A DNA stretch of 64,000 nt, from assembly GCA_964276515.1 (NCBI GenBank), contig OZ193909.1, positions 17,422,001 to 17,486,000 of the forward strand. The letters run 5' to 3'. Shown here piece after piece: positions 39,989 to 53,324 of this stretch. Source of the stretch: Gordius albopunctatus. Lineage: Eukaryota. The translations under genes and the position numbers were made by a program. Each line of letters opens with the position of its first letter. Position 1 is the stretch's first letter. The notes under the pieces are model-generated. The model saw only the letters and a program-made list of their open reading frames with translations. It was not told the DNA's origin and searched no databases.

Positions 39989-42900
39989 TTAATGATTTGG
40001 GCCGGCCATCGAGGTTGGCTGCTGGTAGTAGGGTGAGTTGCCGGGGGGCGGGGGGCCAGGCATCCTGGCGTAGGGGTTAGAAGCAGGATTAGACATCGGG
40101 GGCGCGCCAGGATTAAATTGCTGCTGACCGTAAGACGAGGGCGGGCCTCCTGCCGAGAAGGGCGGAGGGGGTGCCTGTTGATGCTGTTGTTGATAGTGCT
40201 GTTGGTGTTGCTGCGAAGCGCTAGAAGTGGCCGGGTTGAAACCGCCAGTAAATTGCTGTTGTTGTGGTGCTTGCTGCTGCTGTTGTGTCATTTGTCCTTG
40301 GTGGTAGGGGTGGGGTGGCTGTGCCATCATCATGCCGCTAGAAGAAGAGCTGGGAGGAGCGGCTGCCGGTGGTGGAGGACCGCCGGCGGGTTTGAAGGTT
40401 GGTTCGTTCTGGCAAACAAAAAATGAATTGTTAAGGTCACGGGCGTAGCTAGGGGGTGGCAAGGAGGGGCGGCTGGGACCCCCCCCCCTTAAAATCCAAA
40501 AATTCTTCAAAATTTAATATAATTATGGCTAAAATGACTAAAACTGATCGTTTTGCCCCTCAATAAATATGCCCACGAATAAGGTTATCCGAATAAGGAG
40601 GTGTTAAAAATAACGAGCTCCAAAAAGAACAAGTGTCTTAAATAGATGATAGGGAAGTATTTGCATTTAAAAAAGTAACTTTGCAACCTATAAGCGAAAC
40701 GAATCCAGACGGAGATAGTCCATTTCTACAGGGGTGTCGAAGGGGGCAAAATAGACCCCCAATATCTCATGGCACCATAAAAATAGTCATAATTAGGCAT
40801 TTAATAAGCCTAAAGTCGCGTCGAGGCAGTATTAAGTTGGAGCGAAAAGATCATAAACATCGTGCAATTTTAAACGTTTACAAATGATTTAATATCTTAT
40901 TGATTTCTAATAAAGCCTGGCTAACAAAGTGATGAAGTTGGATGAATTTCACAAAGCCAAAATTTCGTAAGCCGACTAATCCCGAAAAAAGGATAAATAA
41001 TAAATTAAAATTATAAAATGAATCATACAGTTAAAAGTTTAGACACGAGGTAGCTTTATCATCTTTGTTTTATCAACTAACCACCAATAAAGAGTAAAAT
41101 ATTTTATCTGTAAGGCTAAAAAATAACAAATTACCACTTACAATATTGTAGCATACCAATTAATACACATGATTAAATCTTTGAGCAACGTCTAAAAATA
41201 TTAATATAAAACTATGAAAACTTCAATGAAAAAGTAAGACTATGCGTATATAGTAAGTTAAAGCTGTTCAAAAAATGACTACCTAGGGCCGGCCCCCTTA
41301 TAGAATCTACAATGAAGAATGAGTTGAAAGGACAATATTTGTTTTATACCGTATATTTAGGGGGACCCGGGGGTGGCATAGAGGTGACGGGTGGTTGTTG
41401 GGGGTAAGAAGCCGTGGAGGGTGGATAGTAAGAACCAAGCCCAGGGCCGCCGGCCTGCGAAATTGGCTGTTGATTAATAGAGCTCGGCGGGCCGCACAAG
41501 GGGGGCCTGGGTGTGGCTTGGGGAGGCAGCATTTGTTTTAGGGAACCAGCAGCCGCAGTAGGCATGGAAGAAGGTGGTGGTGGTTGTTGGTTGCCTGGCC
41601 CCGACCCCGCTCCTAGGCCCGGGCTCTGACGATTAGCTTGAAAGCTCCATTGCGGAGGGGCTTGGTACTGTTTATGTAGATAATCCTCTTCTCTCTAAAA
41701 GAGAGAAAAAGTGTTTTTAATTATATATATACGAGGCAGCAGCTTCTAAAAGTTGACGTCCTTATAGGTATAGCCCTGCAAAATGGAATTTATTCAGCTC
41801 GAGCCCGGCCCGACTTTTTAAAATATAATTTTATAACAAAAAATTAATCAGAATACTTATCCGGCACTTTTCATTCAACATAAAAATATTTCATCTCCTC
41901 TAAATAGCCTACTCAACAAATGAATTAGTGAAAGTTTTAAAAAAATCTTTTAGCTAGAATTTGCCTCGGGCCGGACTTAGACGTCGGGTTGACCCAACAG
42001 ACCCTAGCCGAGCCCGAGGCCCGATTTAAATTTAATTCTTGACCCGAGATTCGGACGGCCCGTGTAGGGTTTTAGTGCTAGGTCATTCGTAACATTCGAG
42101 TGATAAGGCGCGAGTATATGTAGAGCCCTGCACGGGCCGCCCGAAGCCCGACCCGATCGGGTTTCGGGCTGGGCTCGGACAGAATTTTATAAAATAATCG
42201 GGCCTCTGGCTCGGGTCAGGCCTGATGAGGCGGCCCGACCCGAGGGCCGAACCCGGCCCGAATTGAATTAAAGCAAATAATGTTTTATAAAATATGATTT
42301 AAACAAACTCAACTTGATATTAAATAATTTTCTTCCTACACCATATAATATAGCTCCCAAACTTGAGCTTTTTCCCCTGTCTATTATAATTTAACTGGCC
42401 TGAATATAAATATTATATATTCATGGTTGCTGTTAGAACTTAAGAAATAAGATAGGTAAATATTTTTAAAAAAGTTTTAATATGGAACTGTTAAATAAAA
42501 TATATTTTTTAAGTTATGGTTTTAGTTTTAAAGCTAAGAAAATTGATTTTCTTTATTTTAAACTTATCCTATTTGTAAATTATTTTATTATACAAGAGTT
42601 ATATCTTCCAGAATAAATATATCAAGCTATTATCCCATGAAAAATGGTGAGAAAGGGAAAAACTTAAATATGTCAAGAACATATATATGGTCATGGTGGA
42701 ACTACGTTGTAATTTTATTAAATTTAATTCACATATAATATGAGAAGACAACACGTTATCGCTACTTAAAATAAACTTCCTTCGAGATGCTGCTATAAAA
42801 GTAACGTTCACTTAAAATAACGTTTCAGGTTACTCTTAATGAAGAATATTAAGGCAAAAAGGCAGATATTCCCCACTTTGAATGGTATATCCCCCTTAGT

Positions 42901-45682
42901 CTAAAGTGTTGGAAAAACGGGTAGTACTAACGAGACTCGCGCTCGACTCTGCCCTGATTCTCAAGTTTTGACTAAGCTTAGAACAGGTTGAATTAACCTC
43001 AGATCCACCAAACAAAACGCAGCCGTTTGTAAAACAACAGCCCTAGAAATTTCCTCGGAGCAAATTTAGCATCATTACCGGCGGTGGGGCCGGATCCATA
43101 ATTACCAAAGGATCGAAGGGGGGCCATAGGCGGGTATGCTGAACGCTAGGCATTATCTGAGGCGGAGCTCCCTTATTATCGAGCGTTTCCTCGCTCGGGT
43201 CGTTTGGTCGCGGTGGGATCTCCGACCGGGGGTAGGACTGTGTAGATGACCATTGTTTGTGCTGCTCCAGTTCGGGTACTTTTGGAGCGCCACTCGAATC
43301 CGATCCTCTGTTGGGCACTGCTAAAGAAGTTTTATAAATGCACGATTTAATGCAATTCAAGAAAACTCCGAGATGAGGCCTCTTAGATGGTAAGCCTTAA
43401 AGTTTAACTTGGAAGTTGACTGGTTGCCTTCGCATTTCGGAATAAAACCAGAGAATTTAGCTAAAGACTTCAAAATATATCGTGTAAAAGATTTAAACGC
43501 ACAATCTATGATACGAAATGAATGGCCTAAAAAGGGAAGTCTCCAGTTCGATTCAGTAAATAAATTTCGCGAACTCCACCTTTTGACTCTAATTTTACCA
43601 AAATATATCCAGTAAACATAGAAATGAAAACAGTGTTATAGAAAAGGTCAATCAATGTCTTTTAGAAAAGTATATGAGGCAAAAGTATTTTTTAAAAATA
43701 TGCCATAAGTCTATAACGCTCAAATCTTGCATCCAATTAGCAAGGCAAATATATCAATTAATGAAATTCTAAACTTTTTCGAATTATTCGTCGCAACGCT
43801 AATTAATATTTCTTCCCTGCTCAATAACTTACTATGCTTACTCACTAGACTTGTATAATAGGTACAAAAGAGCTGCGACGGGTCTGTTTAAATCAGTCTG
43901 CCCGCGCGTTATAAAAATTTATAACCCCGAGCCGGGCTCGTCAACAAATTAATTTATAGGCCCGGGCCGGCTCGCTGATTTCCAAGCCGGTATTCAAACA
44001 TTTTTTATCTTTTCCTTATTCGTCCATCTTATGTGTGATAAATGAGATAAAGGTGCCAAAAGGTGGTTTTTAAACGTTTTTGAATTCCCACACCATTTTA
44101 AATTCACTTTTACTATTAATTGCTATGCAATACTGTGTGGACCACTTTTTGATCTACAGAATCATAGCTTAGTTTTTCGTGTTTCACCTTAGCTTTTAGT
44201 TTATCCGCGTTAATGTAAGCCCCGTTCCTAGCATTAAAATTTCTCCGATTTCGTGTGGGAAAACGAGTACATAGCCGCTCATGCAACGTTTACAAACACA
44301 TCAAACTCTCCCTCCACTTAATCTCACTCGTTCTCTTCCACTTCCGCCCCCATATCTAGCCAGGTACACAAGATGACTGACTAATAATAAGTCTTCTCTG
44401 GTTACATCACTACTTACCACCACTTTGCGAATCTTTAGAAGGGGGCCCTGGTCTGGTGAGGAGATTATTGATGACGGATGAACCAGAGGGCGGGGCTCGA
44501 GATGCCCCACCGAGGAAAGTTTCACTTTCTTCCGTCCGACCCTCTACCTCTTCCCGCGGACGATCTTTGCGGAGCAAGGCGTAGGGATCGAATTCTTTCG
44601 ACGTAGTCGTCTTGTTTATAACGTTCGCCGAGGGGCCGGTGATCAGCTGTTTTTTGTCCAAAGTGGATGGGCCATTGGGGATAGGGCCACTCTTGTCTAC
44701 ACTCCGTCATATATATAATAAAGTAAATTTAAAGGTAATAATTCATATCACTTATAAACAAATGAATTCAAACTGGTTTTAATGAGCAACATGCTAGAAA
44801 TAATTGTCGTTATACAATATATGTTTAAAATTAGGGTACCAAAGATATGTCATAGCTACAAATTATCTTTCCTATCAATCAAAGAATCACTGTAAAACTT
44901 TATTGTTTAGATTAAATGATAAATCTTGTACAATTTCTAGCTTCTTTATTAATAAATTTGTAACTAATATTACTTTTAATTTAAATTGAAATGATGTAAA
45001 TCCACAACTTAGCAGTTTGATAAACAAGAAAAAATTGAATCTCCAAAATAAATTGTTGTAAAAATGTTTTATATTTTGATAAATATGTATATTTCAAAAA
45101 AATCAGGGATAATTATTTACAAATAAAACAATCTAATAACTATTACCCTTAATTTCCAATGAATTTGATTTGCCTTTAATTTCATCATCTTTTTTGTATT
45201 CAAGACTGTCCAGTAAATGATTTATTCTGTCCCGTATGCCTTGTAACTCATAACGTATTTTTTTAACTTCAGAAGTTTCAATACAGAATTCTTTTCCATG
45301 CACTATAAATTTTATGAAAGTTTAAATATAATTGATATGTATTAATAACCCTTACCAAACACTGTAATTTTCAAAATTGAGCCTGCTTCTAGGGCTGTAT
45401 TAAGATCCAAATTATCATTCAACGTTATTAAATCTCCATCTGTAAAAAAAATTATATTAAATTTTTTAAATAAAGGCAACCTTCGTCCTTATACTTTATA
45501 GTTAATTCATCATCCTTAGTAATGAATTTTTTAAATAATCTCTGTAACATAATAATTAATTCATCATAGGTTAAATCATCATTATGTATGGACAGCTTTT
45601 TAATTTCATCCCCAAGTTGAGCCTTAATAGTTGTCTTTCCAACTAATTCAGTTTTGCTAACTGGTTCTTCTGTAGATACCAT
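39989..45682 (-). CDS. TFG: Protein TFG (PB1 domain, coiled coil, long P/Q-rich tail); 7 coding exons
   Basis: Phase-consistent exons 45682-45481 (KTTIKAQLGDEIKKLSIHNDDLTYDELIIMLQRLF...IKYKDE), 45439-45356 (DGDLITL), 45302-45147 (EVKKIRYELQGIRDRINHLLDSLE), 44696-44418 (FDP motif), 43320-43079, 41694-41350, 40408-39989 (P/Q-rich, NPYAR near the C-terminus). Confidence 0.93.
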
Positions 45683-45810
45683 TCCTGATTATTAAAATTA
45701 ACATGTCACCTTATATCGCTTACCTAATGTGGTTTTGTTTACGTATCACGTTTTTAGATTTCAAGTGACAGAGTTATAATCCACGTGGAGAGCGGACTAG
45801 GCAATCTGTA

Positions 45811-46803
45811 GCGTTGCGTCCATTACCTCGCGACGTTAATTGACCAATCACAAACACCTCGAGGACACACTAAATTTAATTGTTTATTCAATTAATGCGC
45901 GATTATATAAACGCACTTATTTTTCTCAAAAGACACTTGCTCTTGTTTTTGGATAAATAATAAAACTATCCCGAAATTGGTGACCCCGTTCGGGGGAGCC
46001 ATATATTTTTTTTAAAAACTCCCCCTGAATACGCCCTTAAATATTAGGCACTATTTTTGGCAATCCAGCATCCACGATCGAGCTGCAACAAAACTTCAAC
46101 CTCTTAACACCTCTAGCAATACGTGTCCGACTGCTGTGACAAGTTGCCTACCTACCTGTGTGTTTCTACGAAGAAAAACATGATGTTCTACTACACCTCT
46201 ACATACACAACAACAACGTCTTCCGAACGCCCGTCCACTGCTGCGCATGGCCCTAATCACAAAACCCATCTCAACATCAACACTACATGGCCTCTTGCAA
46301 CGAGCAAAGACTACGTTCGGCAAAACAATGACACCTACTACCAACGTTCTCACCACCGCTTACCGGTTTAGTTGATGACCGATTGCAATTCCACTGTAGA
46401 TACCTCTGCCCGCGGCATGGATCTTATTAATATATTGGATAGCATCACAACAACATACACGCAACTCACACCTCGGTCACCTCACTAACAACCACGGTAG
46501 GCGGAGACAAAACTGGCTGGTAGTACGAACATCCTTTACACATACTTTACATCAACCAAAATTTTTTTTCAATTTTAAGTAACGCTCCACGTCTACGATT
46601 GGAAGAAAAGTAAGTCAGTAAAAAGAGTTTTAAACTCCTTTTATATACTCGTGAATTAATTGAATAAATCAATCAAGTTTAGTGGTGTCTCCGCGAGGTA
46701 TAAATAAATCAATTTAGTGGTGTCTCCGCCAGGTATGCTTGATTGGTCAATTAACGTCGTGAAGTAGTAAGGTAATGTAAATGAGACAATTAATTGACGC
46801 AAC
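45811..46803 (+). mobile_element. Short non-coding LTR-retroelement remnant with an LTR-like segment repeated in inverted orientation
   Basis: PBS TGGTGACCCCG at 45978. 46570-46598 matches the pre-PPT segment of gypsy element 1 (9938-9966) at 28/29 nt. About 45811-45910 is an imperfect inverted copy of about 46640-46803. Confidence 0.65.
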
Positions 46804-48197
46804 ATGTCTAAGTAACTTTTATAAGTACATATACATACATATTAAATTTTTGCCTAAAATAAAGGCAATAGTGTTTTTTTATCGACAAAATCTATCAAAT
46901 TAAATTCTAAGTTCACAGAGTCGGGATAGTATATTAAAAGTTTAAATCTATACAAGACAAGTTTATTATACAGTATAGTTTTATTATTATATAGAATATA
47001 TACTCTTAAAGAATTTAGACTTACTTTTTTAAATAACTAAATTCACAGGATCAAATGTTAAATTGCTGCACTATGCCTAAAAATTAAAGCTAAAATATTA
47101 AAATGAGTTTTGTATTTAAACCCCAAGTGTTATCTCCGTGCAGTGTGACCAGGGGGTGGCAGGGAGAGACGGTTGTTTCACCCTAAGCCCAATTTTTTTA
47201 AGATTCAATATAATTATGGCTTAAATAAAAAAAATCTATTATTTTGCTCCTCCCTAAAGCATTATTGCCCCCCTATAGTTACAACCCTGGATTTGCACAT
47301 ATCTCCGCCAAGCGCGTAGGGAAGGGGGGGGGGTTTTCGGGTTTGAACCACCCCCCCCTCCTCCTGGATATTATTTTTTTTCAAAACACAACACAAAATT
47401 ATTGAATTAAGTCGACAAGTTAATAAATTTTGAATTTCGGAATTTGTATTATTGATTAAAAGCTTCCAAAAAGTTCCGCGCCTTATTATGAAGCGATATT
47501 CCATTTATACATACTTCCCTAAAAAGAGTAACATTTGCATTTCTGAGGAGAAAGATACAAATATTCAATTAAGGACATCCAACTTTTGGCTGTCTTTGTA
47601 CATGCTAAATCAAATTTTCTCTTACACTATTAATCTTAGCAATTATTTGCAAAGGATTAATATAGACCTTTCTCAGGCCATAAATGCAGCCGAAAATGCG
47701 TTTATACAGATTCAACATTTGCGGGAAAATTCCCAAGAAGAATTTAGAACAATCTACAATGATGTCTTGTCACTAGGAGATATATATTATTTCAAAATTA
47801 CTATTCCTAGGAGAGCCTCACGACAAACACTTCGTTTAAACATTGAAACATCTTGTCCAGAAACTTATTACAGAGTTTCGTTGTATAACTCCTTTTTAGA
47901 TGCGGTTTTGGTGGAACTTGATGAAAGGTTTCTAAAAAAACAAGCAAATACTGTTGGGATTTGATTCCCTTCTAATTAAGTCCCCTGTCATGCTCTCAAC
48001 AGAGATATTAAATAACTTTCTTCAATTGGCAAATTTTTATGAAGATGATCTTGACGGCTCTCAAGAACAATTCAAATCGGATATTAAATTGTGGTATCAG
48101 TCGTTCAAGGACTGTGAATTAGAGAATTTGCCTACCGATGCATTGGAAACATTAACCAATCATGCGTCCAAATTAAAATTACATCCAAATATAAAAA

Positions 48198-50039
48198 CTC
48201 GGGCCTTCGGCCCTCGTGGGAAGGGGGAAGGGGAGGGAAGGGGGAAGGGGAGGAGGGGAAGGAAGGGGGAACTCATCTACACTCCGTATAAATGTATCAT
48301 ATTTGCTATGCAATTTATGGAAATACTTACGTGAATATTGCAAAACGAAGGTTGGAAGCACTAAATAAGTGTATATGCCAAATATCATAAAGGGGGAGAA
48401 AGGGAGCGAAGGGGAAGCTTTATGGTTAGTTAAATTCTACGGGAGTTGTATTACCAAAAAGTCATAATAGCAATGGTAGGAACAGGAACAATCATAATAG
48501 TCAAAAAAACGAAAAAAAAATTTCGATTCACATTTTGGCCAATGGTCATTTTTTTCTATTGGTCAGCAGCCAGGACACGGTAAAAGTGGATATAAATTCA
48601 TAACAGTCAAAAAAAACGAAAAAAAAGTTTTCGAATCACATTTTGGCCAATGGTTATTTTATTCCATTGGTCAGCAGCCAGCGGACGGCCAAAAAGTCAT
48701 AATAGCAATGGTAGGAACAGGAACAATCATAATAGTAAAAAAAAACGGAAAAAATAATTTCGATTCACATTTTGGCCAAAGGTCATTTTTTCCATTGGTC
48801 AGCAGCCAGGACACGGTAAAAGTGGATATAAATTCATAATAGTCAAAAAAAACGAAAAAAAAGTTTTCGAATCACATTTTGGCCAATGGTTATTTTATTC
48901 CATTGGTCAGCAGCCAGCGGACGGCCAAAAAGTCATAATAGCAATGGTAGGAACAGGAACAATCATAATAGTCAAAAAAAACGGAAAAAATAATTTCGAT
49001 TCACATTTTGGCCAATGGTCATTTTTTTCTATTGGTCAGCAACCAGGACACGGTAAAAGTGGATATAAATTCATAACAGTCAAAAAAAAACGAAAAAAAA
49101 ATTTTCGAATCACATTTTGGCCAATGGTCATTTTATTCCATTGGTCAGCAGCCAGCGGACGGCCAAAAAGTCATAATAGCAATGGTAGGAACAGGAACAA
49201 TCATAATATTCAAAAAAAACGGAAAAATAAACTCGGATACACATTTTGGCCAATGGTCATTTTTTTCATTGGTCAGCAGCCAGCGGACGGCCAAAAAGTC
49301 TTATTATCATTGATAGTAACAAGAACAATCATAAGAGTCAAAAAAAACTCCGGGATTCTAACCCAAAAACTAGATAAATTGCATAGCAATTATTAAAAAG
49401 TATAGGGTAATTATCAATGTTAACCTATTCAAAAACGAACAAAAAATTTTGATTTATTTGGCCAATGGTAATTTTTTTCAATTATCAATGTTAACTTATT
49501 CAAAAAGGAAAAACGAAAAATTAGGATTTATTTGGCCAATGTTCATTTTTTCATTGGTCAGTAGCCAGCGGACGGTCAAAAAGTCATATTATCAATGGTA
49601 TTAACAAGAACAAAATATTAAATTAATTAAAAAAATAAAAATTTTGCCCTCTCCGGGATTCGAACCCACATTAAATAGAGGCATAAGCCTTTGGAGGGGA
49701 ACAGGGAACCATATAAATAGAGCCATAGGCCCTTGTAGGGGAGGGCATAGGGTAATTATCAATGTTAAACTATTCAAAAACGAAAAATTAAAAATTTCGA
49801 TTTATCTGGCCAGTGGTCATTTTTTCATTGGTCATTAGCCTGCGGACGGTCAAAAAGTCATATTATCAATGGTATTAACAAGAAAAAAATATTAATTTAA
49901 TTAAAAAAAAAAAAAAATTTGTCCTCTCCGGGTCTCGAACCCGCAACCTCCAGGTCGGGAAGCTGGTGTAAATAACTTGGTGGACGGACGGACGGACGGA
50001 CGGACAACCAAAAACGAGCCCATAAATTGCATAGCAATT
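48198..50039 (-). mobile_element. Helentron/DINE-1-like non-autonomous element with central tandem repeats
   Basis: Perfect 18-bp subterminal inverted repeats (48303-48320 TTGCTATGCAATTTATGG and 50020-50037), a (GTCC)n microsatellite near the 5' end (49982-50005), and a terminal hairpin GGGCC-TTC-GGCCC (about 48201-48213). It is inserted in an A/T run without a TSD. Confidence 0.8.
48455..49900. repeat. Higher-order tandem array: units of about 236 bp, each with two related subunits, about 3.5 clean copies then degenerate copies
   Basis: AAAAAGTCATAATAGCAATGGTAGGAACAGGAACAATC recurs at about 48456, 48691, 48927 and 49165. TTTTGGCCAATGGT...ATTGGTCAGCAGCCAG occurs twice per unit. Confidence 0.92.
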
Positions 50040-50702
50040 AAAACATTATACCATACAACATGCTCTAATGAGAGATGTTTTTCAGCTTTAAAAAGACTAA
50101 AAACTTACCTCAGGAACACAATGGGACAAGAAAGGTAAATTAAATGGTTTTACTAATTTTTAATTTAGGCTTACTGGATTAACCTTGTTAAATGTACATA
50201 TACAATATACCCCCAAAACAGAAGATATTATTAATGCATTTTTATCTAAAAAACGTCGATATTAATTGTTTATAGTTTTTAAATATTTTGTTATATTATA
50301 ATTTATTTTTGTTGTATTTTTACTTTACTTTCAATAATATATGTCGAAAATAAAATTACTTCCAAAAAAAATATGGCTTCAAAAATTTTAAACCCCCCCC
50401 CCCTCTAGCAAATCCTGGCTACGCCCTTGGTCTCCGCCCACTAATTTTATGTTCGTATTATAGCTTTAATAATTTGAGGAACGTTAATTGAGTATAAAGG
50501 AATAAAAAGTATAACCATTGGGTAAAATTATCGGATATAAAAAACAGTATGCACAAATTAAACAGCAATTAATTTATAGGAAAGAGGTATTATCGAGGGT
50601 AGTTTCGGTATGTAGGAATTAAAATACAGGTTTATTGTGTGAAAAACAATTTAATGTTTTAATGCATCAAATAACTCAAAGTTTGATGTGTGTAATAAAT
50701 AA

Positions 50703-51751
50703 AGTTGCGATCTCGTCTCGGTCTCGAAAGCAAAATCTCGTCTCGTCTCGGGTGCAATTATTAAAATCTCGATCTCGTCTCGACTTTTAAAAATAATTAT
50801 ACCATTTAATATTTTTCTGACTCTTATAAATTATTATATAAGATATAAATTGGTCATAATGGATCCAATTTTTTATTTCAAACCCCAAAACACAAGCTAG
50901 ATGGGTATCTTAAGGCAGGAAGCATTATTGGAGGTGTTATATATACTACTTGCCTCGAAGGTATAAAGTTGCTAAACAATGACTTTCATTTCCTGGCTAA
51001 GGCTCAATAAAAGGATAAAATTTAATAATACCATCTTATTTTAACTTAATAAATTTATTGAGATCTTATATAATATGATCAAAATAATGACAAAAGTGCA
51101 AGAGTAAACCTTTGAAGATATTATTAATAACAAGTAATTATCTGAACATTGTGAATATAATAAAATAGGCATTTTTGTTGGAAGAACATAACAGTTTTGA
51201 GATCTTACGTTAATTGCACATATATAACTTAAAATATAAAATTTTCTTTAAAGCACAATTTACACTTCTCCATTTTATTTGATTCATCCTTGAATACTGT
51301 TAAATGTTTGAGCAGCTTGCTCTTTTTTGTTTTGGAGGATGAACTTTTTGCGCATAAACACATTATAGGTCTAAATAATTTTATATTATATAAGCTATAC
51401 AAATAAGTAACAAATACCCAAATACCCTAAGAGCTACTAACACTATGTCTATTAAGATTATATTACAAGTTTGAAATTTGCGGGAAGCAGATAATTAGGT
51501 GCGTAAGTAATTACTATCAAAAGTTTCAAAATCATATTAATTTGCATTAAATACCATAAATTTAAATCTCATAAAATAAAAATTCTTATTTAGCTAAATG
51601 AAGACTTAATAGATAAAAATTAAAGTCGAGATCTCGCCAAAAAAATTTCGTCTCGTCTCGAGGTCAAAATTCTCGTCTCGATCTCGACTCAATTTTTTTC
51701 GGAACGAGACGAGATGAGACAGAGATTTTTCTCGGTTTTTCCGCATCACTA
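50703..51751. mobile_element. Non-autonomous DNA element of the CGAGACGAGA-repeat family
   Basis: Subterminal TCTCG/CGAGA arrays. Shares blocks with 53610-54237 and with 10398-10500 and 15050-15311. Confidence 0.7.
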
Positions 51752-53324
51752 GTAATAAATCATAGTATAATGTGTCTCTCTTCCTCGCTCATCACCCAAG
51801 CGTTTTTTATAATACCCACTAGAGATCTGCAACGAGCCCTTTTTAAAATGTCGGCCCGCCTGTATTCACTTTGAAAACTTTCAGGCCCGCCCGAACCTGT
51901 CCGTAACTTTTTTTGTCCACTTCGGGCTCGTCCCTACCCGTTTTAAAAACATTCAAGCCCGCCCGGTTCCGTCAGTATTTATTTTCGTAGACTTCAGGGC
52001 TGGCCCTCAAGATGGGCTCGTTAGGCCCGGTTCATTAATAAATTTATTATTTATGGAGAATGTATTGCGATTTACAATAATTTATAGTTAGAGGTGTTAA
52101 GCAACTAATTACATGTAACTAGTTCCTGAAATAATTCCTTTATCAAAGATAGTAACTCTAATTAGTTTTTTAAAGGGGAACTGTGGCGGAGTTAGTTACG
52201 TTTTTTTAATGCCTGTTCAATTAAGTTATAATTACATTCTATAAACTTAAAAATCAAGTGCGTCTGTCACACATTAAATTTAGTGGCAGCTAGCAATATA
52301 AATAAAAATTTGTTAAAAGAATATGATTTAGCATTTCCTATATGTCATCAATAACTAAGTGCCAAAATATAGGGATATTCATAGAAGATATACCATGCTT
52401 TTAAACTTATTTTTGGGAATTATTATGTACTATACTTACTAGATGAAATAGTGTGTTTGGTTCATAAAAAGGATTTTCAATAATATATCAGAAAAGTTGT
52501 CACAATTTTATTTGCCATGCGATGAACTAAATTTAGTAAGGTTTCTTAAAAGTGATTTTGATTCTATTGCAAATCAAAATTTTATAAATATTTAATCAAA
52601 TAGATTGTTTTTTAACTTCTGTTTTTTTATTAAATGAAACTATAAACAACTATAAAAATCATATGCGAGGTAAACATTCGAAAATTGCGATAGCGTTGAA
52701 ATGACAAATAATGATTCCGGTTTGTTTATAGTTTCATTTAATAAAAAAATAGGAGTTAAAAATTAGATTGTTTTAATAATAAAGGTATAGGAGTCCTTAC
52801 CTAACTCTATTGAATTTTTAGAGCAATTTAAGCCCTTACGTTTTATTAAAATAAAGTAATATCAACCATATTTGGCAATCTTAGCCGGGTTACTGTCATA
52901 AATTGAGAATTTCGGGCAAGCTAGGGCGGGCACCATAACAATATTCGGGCTCAATAAGATTTTATTTTTATGTTTATTTGTCACTTATATGATTGGAAAA
53001 TAGATACTGATCGTATATCCCCCCCCCTCCCTACCAACAGAAAAAAATTGCGAATTAATACAAAATATGGTTGGAAAATACAACGTGATTACTGTTGAAA
53101 TTTTGATAAATTATCATATCGGATGGTACAGTTATAACAGCTCTAATAATTCGGGCATGACCTCATGAACACTTAGAATAGTTCGGGCGAGCCATTCGGA
53201 CTGAGCCTAGTTCCTGCAAAGAAATTTAAACAAAGATAACGTCTGGTGTCAACCTTTTAAAAAGCTATTTAGATGGATTAAAAAGGTACAATTTTGTACC
53301 TATTATTTAATTTCCACAACAAAT

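Larger units (their letters stand above)
47309..50429 (+). mobile_element. Internally deleted hAT DNA transposon (C-terminal transposase remnant), interrupted by a Helentron-like insertion
   Basis: TIRs CAAGCGCGTAG / CTACGCCCTTG and an 8-bp TSD ATCTCCGC/GTCTCCGC. ORFs 47452-48197 (LSNYLQ...DLSQA, YYRVSLYNSFLDAVLVELDERF, HPNIK) resume at about 50041 with CSNERCFSALKRLKTYLRNTMGQE-RLTGL (hAT dimerisation motif), across a 34-nt GT-AG intron at 50135-50168. Confidence 0.92.

Noticed and set aside
48944..49396. 150-aa ORF
   Set aside because: It is a translation of the tandem array and has no protein features.
48455..49900. Regularly spaced repeats that look superficially like a CRISPR array
   Set aside because: The intervening sequences are themselves repeated (no unique spacers), there are no cas genes, the context is eukaryotic, and the array lies inside a Helentron-like element.
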